A program made the translations under genes and the position numbers. This document shows, piece after piece, positions 1 to 8,923 of a stretch of DNA of 28,041 bases. The notes under the pieces were generated by a model. That model had not been told where the DNA came from. It saw only the letters and a program-made list of their open reading frames with translations, and did not search any database. Origin of the DNA: a virus (taxonomy: Duplodnaviria; Caudoviricetes); IMG/VR virus record IMGVR_UViG_3300037047_000310, positions 1 through 28,041 of that record; one strand, written 5' to 3'. The first letter of the stretch is position 1. The number at the start of each line of letters is the position of its first letter.

Positions 1-999
1 TCAGCTCTTGGCCGGCAGCTCGAAGGGCTTGAAGCGGATCACCTCATCGCCCAGCCATTCGTTCACCTGGGCTAGGCGCGCTTGGATGGGCTCCAGTTCG
101 TTGACCGCCCACACCTCGGCCGCCTCGCGCAGCGAGCCGAACCCGCCGGCGTTCTGCGGCACGATGCCCATCAGCTGGGGCGGGATGCGCAGCGCGGCGA
201 GCAGGTCATCGCGGCTGATGTTCTTGATCGAACCGAACTCATCCTTCGCCGCCACCTCGCTCACCGGCAGCAGCTGGATGCCGTCCTTCTTGCCTCCCGG
301 CGCATACATGAACAGGTTGCGGAAGTTGCCCGGTCCCTTCGCTGATTTCAGCGCCTGGCGCAGGGCGTCGACGTCCTCCTCCTTCTGCGCCGCGTCGGTC
401 ATGTACATGATGAACCCGGCGTGCGAGCCGTTCTGGTAGTACCTCCGGCGGAAGAGGGTGGCCGACTCGTTGAGCAGCGCCGACTGCAGCGCCGACAACC
501 ACTCGGGCAGGCCGTACACCTCCTGGTTGATATCCGCCTCGCGCAGGTGGCAGATCGTGCCCGCCGCGAATTCGTGCTCGTCCTTCCACCCGCGCACCTG
601 GTAGTACGTCTCCAGATCCGCGCCGCGGCGCATGTACTTTGCCAGCGTTGGCTGCAGGCTCAGCGCCTGGCCGAGCATGTTCTGCCGTCGCTCCAGGTAC
701 GCGTTGCCGCACCACAGCCAGTCCAGGGCGAACTGCCCGAAGGCCTGCCGGCTCAGCAGGCGATGCGGGATGAACGTCCGCTCGAGCATGTTGCGCTTGA
801 AGTTGAGGCCCGACTGCAGGAACACGCTCGCCCTGGTCGACTTCGCCAGCCCGTCGAGCGACAGCGGCGGTTCGTACCACTTCCCGTTCAGCCAGCATTC
901 GAGATAGTCCAGCAGCTCGCGGCCATCGAGCACAGGCATCGGATCGCCGAAGGTGAACGCCTCGATACCGGGGGCAGGGGCAGCAATGTCGGTGGTCAT
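1..999 (-). CDS. Q: Phage portal protein (P2 gpQ/PBSX family)
   Basis: 332 aa; motifs FTFGDP, WYEPP, QEVYGLPEW, LFRRRYYQNGSHAGFI, KGPGNFRNLF; directly downstream of terminase P. Confidence 0.95.
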   Translation of the reverse strand: MTTDIAAPAPGIEAFTFGDPMPVLDGRELLDYLECWLNGKWYEPPLSLDGLAKSTRASVFLQSGLNFKRNMLERTFIPHRLLSRQAFGQFALDWLWCGNAYLERRQNMLGQALSLQPTLAKYMRRGADLETYYQVRGWKDEHEFAAGTICHLREADINQEVYGLPEWLSALQSALLNESATLFRRRYYQNGSHAGFIMYMTDAAQKEEDVDALRQALKSAKGPGNFRNLFMYAPGGKKDGIQLLPVSEVAAKDEFGSIKNISRDDLLAALRIPPQLMGIVPQNAGGFGSLREAAEVWAVNELEPIQARLAQVNEWLGDEVIRFKPFELPAKS

Positions 1000-2762
1000 C
1001 AGTAAATCTCCATGAAGCTGGTGTTCTGGGCGGTCATGCCCTCGAGCGGCTCGTTATGTAATGCGTGGAACAGCGCCCAGGCGAGATCCGCGTGGCCCGT
1101 GTCGTCGGTGCGGCCCGCGGTGTAGGTCATCTGCCGGCCGCTGGCCGTGGTGGTTTTGCGGATCGCCATCAGCGAGGAGGCGAGGTCCGTCCAGCCGGCG
1201 TCGAATTCCAGCCGGCCCTTGTGGATCACGTCGTAGGCTTTCAGCACCAGGCGCGTTTTCACTTCGGGGCTGTAGGAAAAGGTGGTCAGGCCCGGGAAGA
1301 ACGATTTGACGAGCTGCGCCACGCCCGAGCCCATGCCCGTCATGTCGATACCGATGTAGGTCACCCAGTAGCGCAGCGTCACCCGGCGGATCGCCTCGGC
1401 CTGGGCGGCGAAGTCCATGCCCCTGAACTGGTGGCGCTCCAACACGCGGAACTTGCCGCCCGGTACCAGCGGCGGCGCGACCACCACCAGGCCGGCGCTG
1501 TCGCCGGTCTCGGCGGGGTCGTAGCCCACCCAGACTTGCCGATCACCGAACGGCCGGTCGGCGAACGGCTTGTAGTCCTCGTTCCACTCAATCCAGCTGT
1601 CGACCATGCACGGCTGCAGCACCGTCAGCGGGAAGATGCTCGCGCCATCGTCGACGAACTGGCACATCAGCAGGTTGGCGTAGGCCTCCGCGCTGTACTC
1701 CAGGCGCAGCTCCTCGATGTCGAACAGATCGCAGCCGCGCTGCTCGGCATCCAGGATGGTCACGATCTGCCGCCAGATGCGGTCCTCGCACAGCCGGCCC
1801 TGCTGCAGCGCGTCGTGCGAAACGTCCAACTGGAGCCGCTGCGCCGCCGGCTTGCCCTTGTTGAACCGCTCGCCGGTCCAGAACGAATAGGCCTCATGCG
1901 CCATCGAGGAGGGCGTCGAGAAATACGTGCGCCGGTATTGCTTCTGCATCGCCATGCCGCTGGCGACCTTGTTCAGCTCGTTGAACTTGAACGTCCAGAA
2001 GAATTCATCGAAGTAGAAGTTGCCGTGATAGCCCTGCGCCGTGCGCGCGTTGGTACCGAGGAAGTGCAGCTCGGCGCCGTTGCTCAGAATGATCGGATCG
2101 CCGGCCAGCTCGACGCCGCACACTTCCCGCGCGAACCCCTGGATGTAGGCCTTGAAAATGTGCGCCTGATTCTTCGAGGCGCTGAGAAAGATCTGATTGC
2201 GCCCGGTGATCAGCGCATCGAGTAGCGCCTCCCGCGCGAAGTAGAACGTCGCGCCGATCTGCCGGCTCTTGAGAATCGCCCGCGTCCGCTGGTTGCCGGC
2301 GCGGTACCAGTCCAACTGGTAGCCGAAACACCCATCCCGAAACGCCTCCTCGAGCTGCTCGATGTGCTCCTCGGCGAACTCGTTCCGCTTGGGCTTCGCC
2401 TTCGGCCCCTCGTTGCGCTTGGCCAGGTTCGGGTTGAGGTCCGTTTCGGTGCCGCCGCCCTGGTAGCGCTGGATACGTGACTGCCGCTCCAATTGGCGGT
2501 GCAGCAAGTCGATTTCCTTGAAATCACCGCCGCTTTTGCCGTCCTTCAGGATCAGCTGCACCAGTCTGGCTTCCAGGGCGCCGCCGATGCGCTCGACGTT
2601 GTCCGCCCGGTCCCATTCATCACGCGCTTTCCAGCTGTGGACGGTCTTTTCCTTCTCGTCCAGGTAGTCGGCTATATCGGTGATGCGCCAACCCGTCCAG
2701 TACAGAAATTTGGCCTGGCGGCGGCTGTCACGTTGGGCGGGGAGTTCGGCGGGTGCATTCAT
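999..2762 (-). CDS. P: Terminase large (ATPase) subunit, P2 gpP
   Basis: Walker A KSRQIGAT, Walker B FYFDEFFW, STP coupling motif, nuclease VGYDPA and GHADLAWA. ATG at 2762 preferred over GTG at 2783 because the latter lies upstream of the predicted -10. Confidence 0.95.
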   Translation of the reverse strand: MNAPAELPAQRDSRRQAKFLYWTGWRITDIADYLDEKEKTVHSWKARDEWDRADNVERIGGALEARLVQLILKDGKSGGDFKEIDLLHRQLERQSRIQRYQGGGTETDLNPNLAKRNEGPKAKPKRNEFAEEHIEQLEEAFRDGCFGYQLDWYRAGNQRTRAILKSRQIGATFYFAREALLDALITGRNQIFLSASKNQAHIFKAYIQGFAREVCGVELAGDPIILSNGAELHFLGTNARTAQGYHGNFYFDEFFWTFKFNELNKVASGMAMQKQYRRTYFSTPSSMAHEAYSFWTGERFNKGKPAAQRLQLDVSHDALQQGRLCEDRIWRQIVTILDAEQRGCDLFDIEELRLEYSAEAYANLLMCQFVDDGASIFPLTVLQPCMVDSWIEWNEDYKPFADRPFGDRQVWVGYDPAETGDSAGLVVVAPPLVPGGKFRVLERHQFRGMDFAAQAEAIRRVTLRYWVTYIGIDMTGMGSGVAQLVKSFFPGLTTFSYSPEVKTRLVLKAYDVIHKGRLEFDAGWTDLASSLMAIRKTTTASGRQMTYTAGRTDDTGHADLAWALFHALHNEPLEGMTAQNTSFMEIY

Positions 2763-2769
2763 GGCGCCG

Positions 2770-2868
2770 ATGCTGCCGCTCACGCGCGCGAGCCGTTACT
2801 CCGGCGTCCTGTACGTCCAGCCAGTACAGGGCGCGCGAATTGCCCGCAGTGTGCGGGCTGCCGACCAT
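2770..2868. promoter_or_regulatory. Divergent late promoters for P and O sharing one Ogr-type activator box
   Basis: Palindromic CTGTA-N11-TACAG at 2809-2829. The -10-like CAGCAT (- strand, 2775-2770) and GACCAT (+ strand, 2863-2868) each lie 34 nt from the TGT..ACA core. Confidence 0.75.
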
Positions 2869-2917
2869 GCCCCTCACAGCAACTGCACCCAGCAGCTACC
2901 GACTGAGGACAGACCGC

Positions 2918-3802
2918 ATGGCCGGCACCACCACCCCCGCCAAGAAATTCCGCTCCAAGTTCTTCCGCGTCGCCGTCGAGGGCGCCACCACTGACGGCCG
3001 CCAGATCGAACGCCAATGGCTGGTCGACGCCGCCGAAACCTACAACCAGAACACCTACGGCGCACGCGTCTGGATCGAGCACATGCGCAGCCTGCTGCCC
3101 GACAGCCCGTTCCGCGCCTATGGCGACGTCGTTGCGCTGAAAACTGAAGAGGTCGAGATCGCCGGCGTCAAGAAGCTCGCCCTGTTTGCTCAGATCGAGC
3201 CAACCGCCGATCTGGTCGCCATGAACAAGGCGCGGCAGAAGCTCTACACCAGCATCGAGATCCGCCCGAAGTTCGCCGACACCGGCCGCGCTTACCTTGA
3301 TGGCATCGCCGTCACCGACACACCTGCCAGCCTCGGTACCGAGATGCTGGCTTTCAGCGCCCAGAACCCGGACGCCAACCCGCTTAAATCTCGCAAGAAC
3401 AACCCGGAAAATTTGTTCTCCGAAACCATTGAAGCGGCGTTGGAGTTCGAAGAAATCGAAGACGAGGCCAGCAAAGTGACAGGCCTGTTTAGCCGGGTGC
3501 TAGACGCGCTGGGCAAGAGCAAGGGTAAGGACGGTCAGGCCGCTGCCAACTTCACCGAGCTGACCGAATCGCTTGAGGCCGTAGTTGAGCACGTCGCCGG
3601 CCAGGGCCAAGCCTTTGCTGCTGAAAAGCTTGCCCGCGAAGCGCTTCAAGCAAAGCACGACAAGCTCGCCACCGAGTTCGCCGATCTGCTCAAAACGCTT
3701 CAAGAAACGCCAGCCGGCAACCAGCAAAACAAGCCAGACCAGCAATTCCATCAGCGCCCGCCGGTATCCGGCGGCAACGGCACCGTTCTCACTGAGTTTT
3801 AA
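2918..3802 (+). CDS. O: Capsid scaffolding protein/protease gpO
   Basis: KFFRVAVEGATTDGRQI, YTSIEI, AVTDTPASLGTE motifs; GAGGA RBS upstream of ATG 2918. Confidence 0.93.
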   Translation: MAGTTTPAKKFRSKFFRVAVEGATTDGRQIERQWLVDAAETYNQNTYGARVWIEHMRSLLPDSPFRAYGDVVALKTEEVEIAGVKKLALFAQIEPTADLVAMNKARQKLYTSIEIRPKFADTGRAYLDGIAVTDTPASLGTEMLAFSAQNPDANPLKSRKNNPENLFSETIEAALEFEEIEDEASKVTGLFSRVLDALGKSKGKDGQAAANFTELTESLEAVVEHVAGQGQAFAAEKLAREALQAKHDKLATEFADLLKTLQETPAGNQQNKPDQQFHQRPPVSGGNGTVLTEF

Positions 3803-3844
3803 CCCACGGCCTCTGCCTGCCGCCGACCACCACCGGAGCACCCC

Positions 3845-4855
3845 ATGCGTAACGAAACCCGCAAACTGTTCAATGGCTACCTGCAGCAGGTGGCCAAGCT
3901 CAACGGCGTCGAAAGCGCCACCGAGAAATTCAACGTCACCCCGACCGTGCAGCAGAAGCTGGAAACCGCCATCCAGGAAGCCAGCGGTCTGCTCAAGAGC
4001 ATCAACATCATCGGCGTCGACCAGCAGGAGGGTGAATCCCTGTTGCTGGGCGTAAACGGCCCCATCGCCAGCCGCACGAATACCGCAGCCGGCAACCGCC
4101 GCAACCCGGCCGACCGCAGCGCTCTGACCAAAGACGCCTACAGCTGCAAGCAGACCAACTTCGACAGCGCCTTCCCCTATGCGCTGGTCGATGCCTGGGC
4201 CAAGTTCCCGGACTTCCAGGTGCGTCTGTCTGGCTCCATCACCGAACGCCAGGCCCTGGACCGCATCATGATCGGCTTCAACGGCACCAGCGCCGCGGCC
4301 GTCTCCGATATCGCCGCCAACCCGCTGCTGCAGGACGTCAACATCGGCTGGCTGCAGAAGATCCGCACCGGCGCGGCCGACCGCGTGCTCGACGAAGTCG
4401 TCGACGCATCCGGCAAGGTGACCGTGGGCGCGACTGGCGACTACAAGACCCTCGACGGCGTGGTGTTCGACGCAGTGCAGATGCTCGACCCATGGCACCG
4501 CAGCCACCCCAACCTGGTGGTCATGGTTTCCCGCGACCTGATGCACGACAAGCTGCTCGCAGCGGTCGAGCGGGGCGCCGCGTCCAACCAGGAGGAAAAC
4601 GCCGCGCAGGAAATCATGACCCGCGCTCGCGTCGGCGGCCTGCCGGTCGTGGATGCGCCGTTCTTCCCGGCCGGCACCGTGCTGGTCACCACCCTGTCGA
4701 ACCTGTCGATCTACTTCCAGGAAGGCGCGCGCCGCCGCCATGTGAAAGACGAGCCGGAGTACGACCGCATTGCCGACTACCAGTCGAGCAACGACGCCTA
4801 CGTCATCGAAGACTTCGGCCTGGTCGCCCTGGTCGAAAACATCGAGGCGGTGTAA
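3845..4855 (+). CDS. N: Major capsid protein gpN
   Basis: MRNETRKLFNGY start, ALDRIMIGFNG, NPLLQDVNIGWLQK, NLSIYFQ, YQSSNDAYVIED. Confidence 0.96.
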   Translation: MRNETRKLFNGYLQQVAKLNGVESATEKFNVTPTVQQKLETAIQEASGLLKSINIIGVDQQEGESLLLGVNGPIASRTNTAAGNRRNPADRSALTKDAYSCKQTNFDSAFPYALVDAWAKFPDFQVRLSGSITERQALDRIMIGFNGTSAAAVSDIAANPLLQDVNIGWLQKIRTGAADRVLDEVVDASGKVTVGATGDYKTLDGVVFDAVQMLDPWHRSHPNLVVMVSRDLMHDKLLAAVERGAASNQEENAAQEIMTRARVGGLPVVDAPFFPAGTVLVTTLSNLSIYFQEGARRRHVKDEPEYDRIADYQSSNDAYVIEDFGLVALVENIEAV

Positions 4856-4858
4856 CCC

Positions 4859-5581
4859 ATGCTCAGCCCGGCCCAACGCAACCAGCTGCGCAAACGCGCA
4901 GCCCTGCAGGCTGCTGAGGTAGCCCCGGCCATGTCCATGGCCGGCGCCACCGCCTACGAACAGCAGCTGCTGCAACTCAACCAGGACCGGCGGCGCCTCA
5001 AGCAGGTGCAGTCGGAGCAGGGCAAGGCTGAGCTCAAGCGGTCGCTCATCCCGGCCTATCAGCCCTACATCGAAGGCGTGCTGTCCGCCGGCCACGGCGC
5101 GCAGGACGACGTGCTCACCACCATCATGGTCTGGTGCATCGACGCAGGCGATTTCGCCGGCGCCCTGGTCATCGGCCGGTACGTGCTCGAGCACAACCTC
5201 AAGATGCCGGATCGCTTCGCGCGCACCACCGGCTGCCTGCTGGCGGAGGAAGTGGCAAATGCCGCCCTCAAGCAGCAGAAGGCCGGCGCGTCGTTCGATC
5301 GTTTCGTGCTGACGCTCGCCGCGGACATCACCGCCGCGCACGACATGCCCGACGAAGCCCGCGCCAAGCTGCATCTGGCGCTGGGCAAGGCGTACCTGGC
5401 CGAACTGGACGAAGCCGCCCCGAACGCCGAAGGGCTGGAAGAAGCGCGCGCCCACTTGGCCCGCGCCATCGACCTGCACAGCAACTGCGGCGGCAAGAAG
5501 GATCTGGAGCGCGTCGAGCGCCTGCTGAAAAAACACGCGGACACCGCGCCGGCTCCGGCCGACGCGCCACCCGCTAACTGA
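4859..5581 (+). CDS. M: Terminase small (endonuclease) subunit gpM
   Basis: MLSPAQR start, QDDVLTTIMVWCIDAGD, DMPDEARAKLH, GGKKDLERVER; sits after N. Confidence 0.93.
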   Translation: MLSPAQRNQLRKRAALQAAEVAPAMSMAGATAYEQQLLQLNQDRRRLKQVQSEQGKAELKRSLIPAYQPYIEGVLSAGHGAQDDVLTTIMVWCIDAGDFAGALVIGRYVLEHNLKMPDRFARTTGCLLAEEVANAALKQQKAGASFDRFVLTLAADITAAHDMPDEARAKLHLALGKAYLAELDEAAPNAEGLEEARAHLARAIDLHSNCGGKKDLERVERLLKKHADTAPAPADAPPAN

Positions 5582-5677
5582 GCGTCCCCCACGCACTCGG
5601 CGGCTCGGGGCTGATCAACGGGTTTCTCCTGCCCAGTTGTGACGCCCCGACCACCGCCGAACTAAGGGCAAGAATTC

Positions 5678-6142
5678 ATGAGCGCATTCATCGCAGCAGG
5701 TGGCAGCCACGCGCCGCACCCCATCATCAACGATGGCTGGTGGCCAGACCTGGACGGCCAGCACATGCGCGAGTCGCTGCGCCTGGACGGCAGCGTCACC
5801 GACGCCCGCCTCGAGGTCGCCGCCGTCAACGCCGTGATAGAAGTCAACCGCGAACTGGTCGGCTACAAGACTCTGCGCAAGGCCGATGGCGCCGCCACCC
5901 TCGCCGACGTCCCGGCCGATTCGATCCAGGGCGAAAGCCAACTGCTGCACCTCTACCGCCGCGCCATCTACTGCAGCGCCGGCGCCGAGCTGGCCGAGCG
6001 TTACCGCGACTACAGCGCCACCGGCGACGGCGCCGAACGCGCCGAAGCCCTCACGCCCACCGCCGACGAATACCGCCGCGACGCCCGCTGGGCGATCCGC
6101 AGCATCCTCGGCCGCGTGCACACCACCGTCGAGCTCATCTGA
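5678..6142 (+). CDS. L: Head completion protein gpL
   Basis: INDGWWPD, LYRRAIYC, RRDARWAIRSILG, C-terminal TVELI. Confidence 0.92.
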   Translation: MSAFIAAGGSHAPHPIINDGWWPDLDGQHMRESLRLDGSVTDARLEVAAVNAVIEVNRELVGYKTLRKADGAATLADVPADSIQGESQLLHLYRRAIYCSAGAELAERYRDYSATGDGAERAEALTPTADEYRRDARWAIRSILGRVHTTVELI

Positions 6143-6351
6143 TGGCCAGCGTCCGCGCCCAGCAAGGCGACACCGTCGACGCCATCTGCTGGCGGCACTA
6201 CGGGCGCACCGCAGGCGTGGTCGAGCAGGTGCTCGACGCCAACCCCGGCCTGGCCGACCTCGGCCCGGTCCTGCCCAACGGCACCCTGCTCACGCTGCCC
6301 GAACAGGCCGTGCGCGCGGAGCAGCGCCAAATGGTGAACCTATGGGACTGA
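6142..6351 (+). CDS. X: Tail protein gpX (LysM-like)
   Basis: AQQGDTVDAICWRHYG, VLDANPGLA, VNLWD; TGATG overlap with L. Confidence 0.92.
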   Translation: MASVRAQQGDTVDAICWRHYGRTAGVVEQVLDANPGLADLGPVLPNGTLLTLPEQAVRAEQRQMVNLWD

Positions 6352-6800
6352 TCTACCTCGCGCTCTACAAGGGCCGCGGCACGCTGTTCAACCGCCTGAT
6401 CCGCCTCTGGACGCGCTCCAAATACAGCCACTGCGAATTGGTGCTGGCTGATGGTCGCTGGCTGTCCGCCTCGGCCATGGACGGCGGCGTGCGCGCCAAG
6501 CACATCGAACTCAACCTCGAGCACTGGGACTTGATTCCGTTGCGCTGGGCGGACTATCGCCAGATCGCCCGCGTGTTCCGCGCCACCGCCGGCGCGGGCT
6601 ACGACTTCTTCGGTCTGTTCGGCAGCCAGCTCCTGCCGGTCGGCCTGCACAGCCGGCGCCGCTGGTTCTGCAGCGAGTTCTGCGCCGCCGCGCTGGGCTT
6701 CCCCATGCCGCAACGCTACAGCCCGGCGCAACTGGCCGAAGTCGCTCAGCACATCAACACCCTCACATCACGCGGACACTGGAATGAAGCGCATGCCTGA
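6342..6800 (+). CDS. Putative permuted papain-like (NlpC/P60, YiiX/YaeF-like) hydrolase
   Basis: 152 aa from ATG 6342; His motif SKYSHCEL precedes YD and Cys motif WFCSEFCA, the circularly permuted catalytic order. Confidence 0.65.
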   Translation: MGLIYLALYKGRGTLFNRLIRLWTRSKYSHCELVLADGRWLSASAMDGGVRAKHIELNLEHWDLIPLRWADYRQIARVFRATAGAGYDFFGLFGSQLLPVGLHSRRRWFCSEFCAAALGFPMPQRYSPAQLAEVAQHINTLTSRGHWNEAHA

Positions 6801-7107
6801 CAGACCTGAAACGTGGGCGTGGCTGGCCGCCTGGCTCGAAGCGAACTTCCCGGCCGTTTACGCGGGCGCCCTGGCGCTGCTTATCGCGGCGTGGCGGATC
6901 ATCTACAGCGGCGGCAAGCTCCGCCAGCTGCTGCTCGAGGCGCCGCTCTGTGGGCTGCTCGGCATCGGCGTCTCCTACGGCCCCGCGCTGATCGGCGCCC
7001 CGCAAGAGGCGGGCGTGTTCCTCGCGTGCATGGTCGGCCTGTTCGGCGTCGAGGCCAGTCGCGCCGCCGCCGCGAAAGTTCTCACCAAGAAGGCAGAGCA
7101 GCTATGA
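6784..7107 (+). CDS. Holin, lambda S-like, with dual-start motif
   Basis: 107 aa, about three hydrophobic segments, basic C-terminus, N-terminal M-K-R-M; immediately precedes the endolysin. Confidence 0.85.
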   Translation: MKRMPDRPETWAWLAAWLEANFPAVYAGALALLIAAWRIIYSGGKLRQLLLEAPLCGLLGIGVSYGPALIGAPQEAGVFLACMVGLFGVEASRAAAAKVLTKKAEQL

Positions 7108-7913
7108 CCCTGCGCAACGGCGACCGCAGCCAGGCCGTGCGCCTGCTGCAGCAACAACTCAACCAGCTCGGCGCCGGGCTGCTGGTCGACGGCCACTACG
7201 GCGACGTCACCGAAAAAGCCGTTCGTGCCTACCAGGCCAAGCTCGGCCTGGTGGCCGATGGCGTGGCCGGCAGCAAGACGCTCGCCGCCCTGGCCGGCGC
7301 CGACACCGGGCGCCTGCTCAAACAGCGCGACCTGCAACAGGCTGCCGACCGCCTCGGCGTGCCGCTGGCCAGCGTCATGGCCGTCAACGCGGTGGAATCG
7401 CGCGGGGAAGGCTTCGGCGCCAACGGGCGGCCGGTGATACTGTTCGAGCGGCACGTCATGCACCAACGCCTGCAGGCCAACGGCCTCGCTGCGGCCGAGG
7501 TCGAAGCGCTGGCCGTTCGCTATCCGGCACTGATCAACCGCCAGCCCGGTGGCTACATCGGCGGCGTCGCCGAGCATCAACGCCTCGCCCAGGCGCGGCA
7601 GATCCATGGCGCCGCGTCCATCGAGTCCGCCAGCTGGGGCCTGTTCCAGATCATGGGCTACCACTGGCAGCTGCTGGGATACGCCGACGCCCAGCACTTC
7701 GCCGACACCATGGCCCTCAGCGAAGCCGCCCAACTGGACGCCTTCGTCTCATTCATCGAGGCCGACCCGGCTCTGCACAAGGCGCTCAAGGCCCGCAAGT
7801 GGGCCGATTTCGCCCGGCGTTACAACGGCCCGGCCTACGCAAAAAATCTGTACGACGTGAAGCTCGCCCGCGCCTACGCCCAGTTCGCCGGCGAGCAGGA
7901 GAAAGCCGCATGA
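7104..7913 (+). CDS. Modular endolysin: peptidoglycan-binding domain plus N-acetylmuramidase (DUF3380 type)
   Basis: PG-binding motifs DGHYG..T..AV..YQ and DGVAG..T; catalytic AVESRG, ILFERH, SWGLFQIMGYH, FARRYNGP. ATGA overlap with the holin stop. Confidence 0.92.
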   Translation: MTLRNGDRSQAVRLLQQQLNQLGAGLLVDGHYGDVTEKAVRAYQAKLGLVADGVAGSKTLAALAGADTGRLLKQRDLQQAADRLGVPLASVMAVNAVESRGEGFGANGRPVILFERHVMHQRLQANGLAAAEVEALAVRYPALINRQPGGYIGGVAEHQRLAQARQIHGAASIESASWGLFQIMGYHWQLLGYADAQHFADTMALSEAAQLDAFVSFIEADPALHKALKARKWADFARRYNGPAYAKNLYDVKLARAYAQFAGEQEKAA

Positions 7914-8383
7914 CTCGGATCGCTTATGTGGAAGTCAGCCCGCGCCAAACGGGCAAGACCACTCGGCTCATTGCCCGAGCACAGCAAGAACTGGCCAAGG
8001 GATTGCCGGTTCGATTCGTCACCTTCCGCGGACTGAAGAAGGAGATTCAGGCGCAACTTCCCGGCGCAGTAGTGCTCGCCGATGGCGAGGCATTCCCCAT
8101 GTGCGTTCGCGAAGAGGGGGTTTGGTTCTACGACGAATTCGACTGGCTGACCTCGGCCAAACTGCGCCCGGGCGCCTTCTACGCCACCACCGCGCGGCGC
8201 CTGCGAACGGCGGGCGTCGATACACCCAAAAATGACCTGCTGCTTGCATTGCTTGAGGCAGCGGGCTGTTGTCATGTGCGCCACTTCTGGCCGTTCGACA
8301 TGGCCGCCGTGCTCGCCGAGGCACGGCAGCAGCACAGCTCGGACGAATTCCGCAGGCTCTATCTGGGGGAATTCCTCCAATGA
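7910..8383 (+). CDS. Small terminase-like P-loop ATPase protein (157 aa) of unknown function
   Basis: ATG 7910 overlaps the endolysin stop (ATGA), with AGGAG RBS upstream; motifs SPRQTGKTT, WFYDEFDW, EFRRLYLGEF. Confidence 0.75.
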   Translation: MTRIAYVEVSPRQTGKTTRLIARAQQELAKGLPVRFVTFRGLKKEIQAQLPGAVVLADGEAFPMCVREEGVWFYDEFDWLTSAKLRPGAFYATTARRLRTAGVDTPKNDLLLALLEAAGCCHVRHFWPFDMAAVLAEARQQHSSDEFRRLYLGEFLQ

Positions 8384-8823
8384 CCAGCGCCCGCACGCTG
8401 CTCTACGGCCTCGCCCTGGTCGCCGCGCTCTGCGGGCTGATCTGGCAGCAACAGCAACGCATCGAAAGCGAACAGGCGAGGGCAGACCTCGCCACCGACC
8501 GCCAGCAGCAGGCCGAACAGCGCAACGCCCGGCAGGCTGCCGTCATCGTCGCCCAGGAACAGGCCCTCGGCGCCGAGCGTGCCGCCCAGGCCAGCCTGCG
8601 CGAACAGCAGGGCCAGCTGCGCCAGGCGCTCGCCGCGCGGCAACTCACCATTGAGGGACTCAAACGTGAAAACGCCGAACTACGCGATTGGGCTGATCAG
8701 CCTCTGCCTGCTGCTGCTCGCCGGCTGCGCGAGCGCCCCGCAATCACCGGAGCCGCTGGTTATCAGCATTGGCTGTCCCGCCGTGACGCCCTGCCAGCTG
8801 CCGCCCTCGGCGCCGAGCAGTAA
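8380..8823 (+). CDS. lysB: Inner-membrane spanin (LysB/Rz-like)
   Basis: N-terminal TM helix, Q/A-rich coiled coil, LKRENAELRDWADQPLP motif of the P2 LysB family. Confidence 0.85.
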   Translation: MTSARTLLYGLALVAALCGLIWQQQQRIESEQARADLATDRQQQAEQRNARQAAVIVAQEQALGAERAAQASLREQQGQLRQALAARQLTIEGLKRENAELRDWADQPLPAAARRLRERPAITGAAGYQHWLSRRDALPAAALGAEQ

Positions 8824-8923
8824 CGGCGACCTGCTGGCCGACATCGAGGCGCTCGAAACCGCCTGGGCCGAATGCGCCGCCCAGGTCGACATGCTCCACC
8901 GCCACCAGCAGGCCCACCCATGA
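8666..8923 (+). CDS. lysC: Outer-membrane spanin lipoprotein (LysC/Rz1-like), overlapping lysB
   Basis: GTG start with GAGGGA RBS, lipobox LLAGC, Pro-rich CPAVTPC, NGDL..AWAECAAQVD; +1 frame overlap with lysB. Confidence 0.85.
   Translation: MKTPNYAIGLISLCLLLLAGCASAPQSPEPLVISIGCPAVTPCQLPPSAPSSNGDLLADIEALETAWAECAAQVDMLHRHQQAHP

Noticed and set aside
2753-2917. Upstream extensions of O (from 2753) and P (from 2783)
   Set aside because: They run through the divergent late promoter; ATG 2918 has an RBS and ATG 2762 fits the promoter geometry.
3500-5596. 698-aa antisense ORF over N and M
   Set aside because: Shadow frame of high-GC coding genes; no recognisable motifs; fully opposes well-supported genes.
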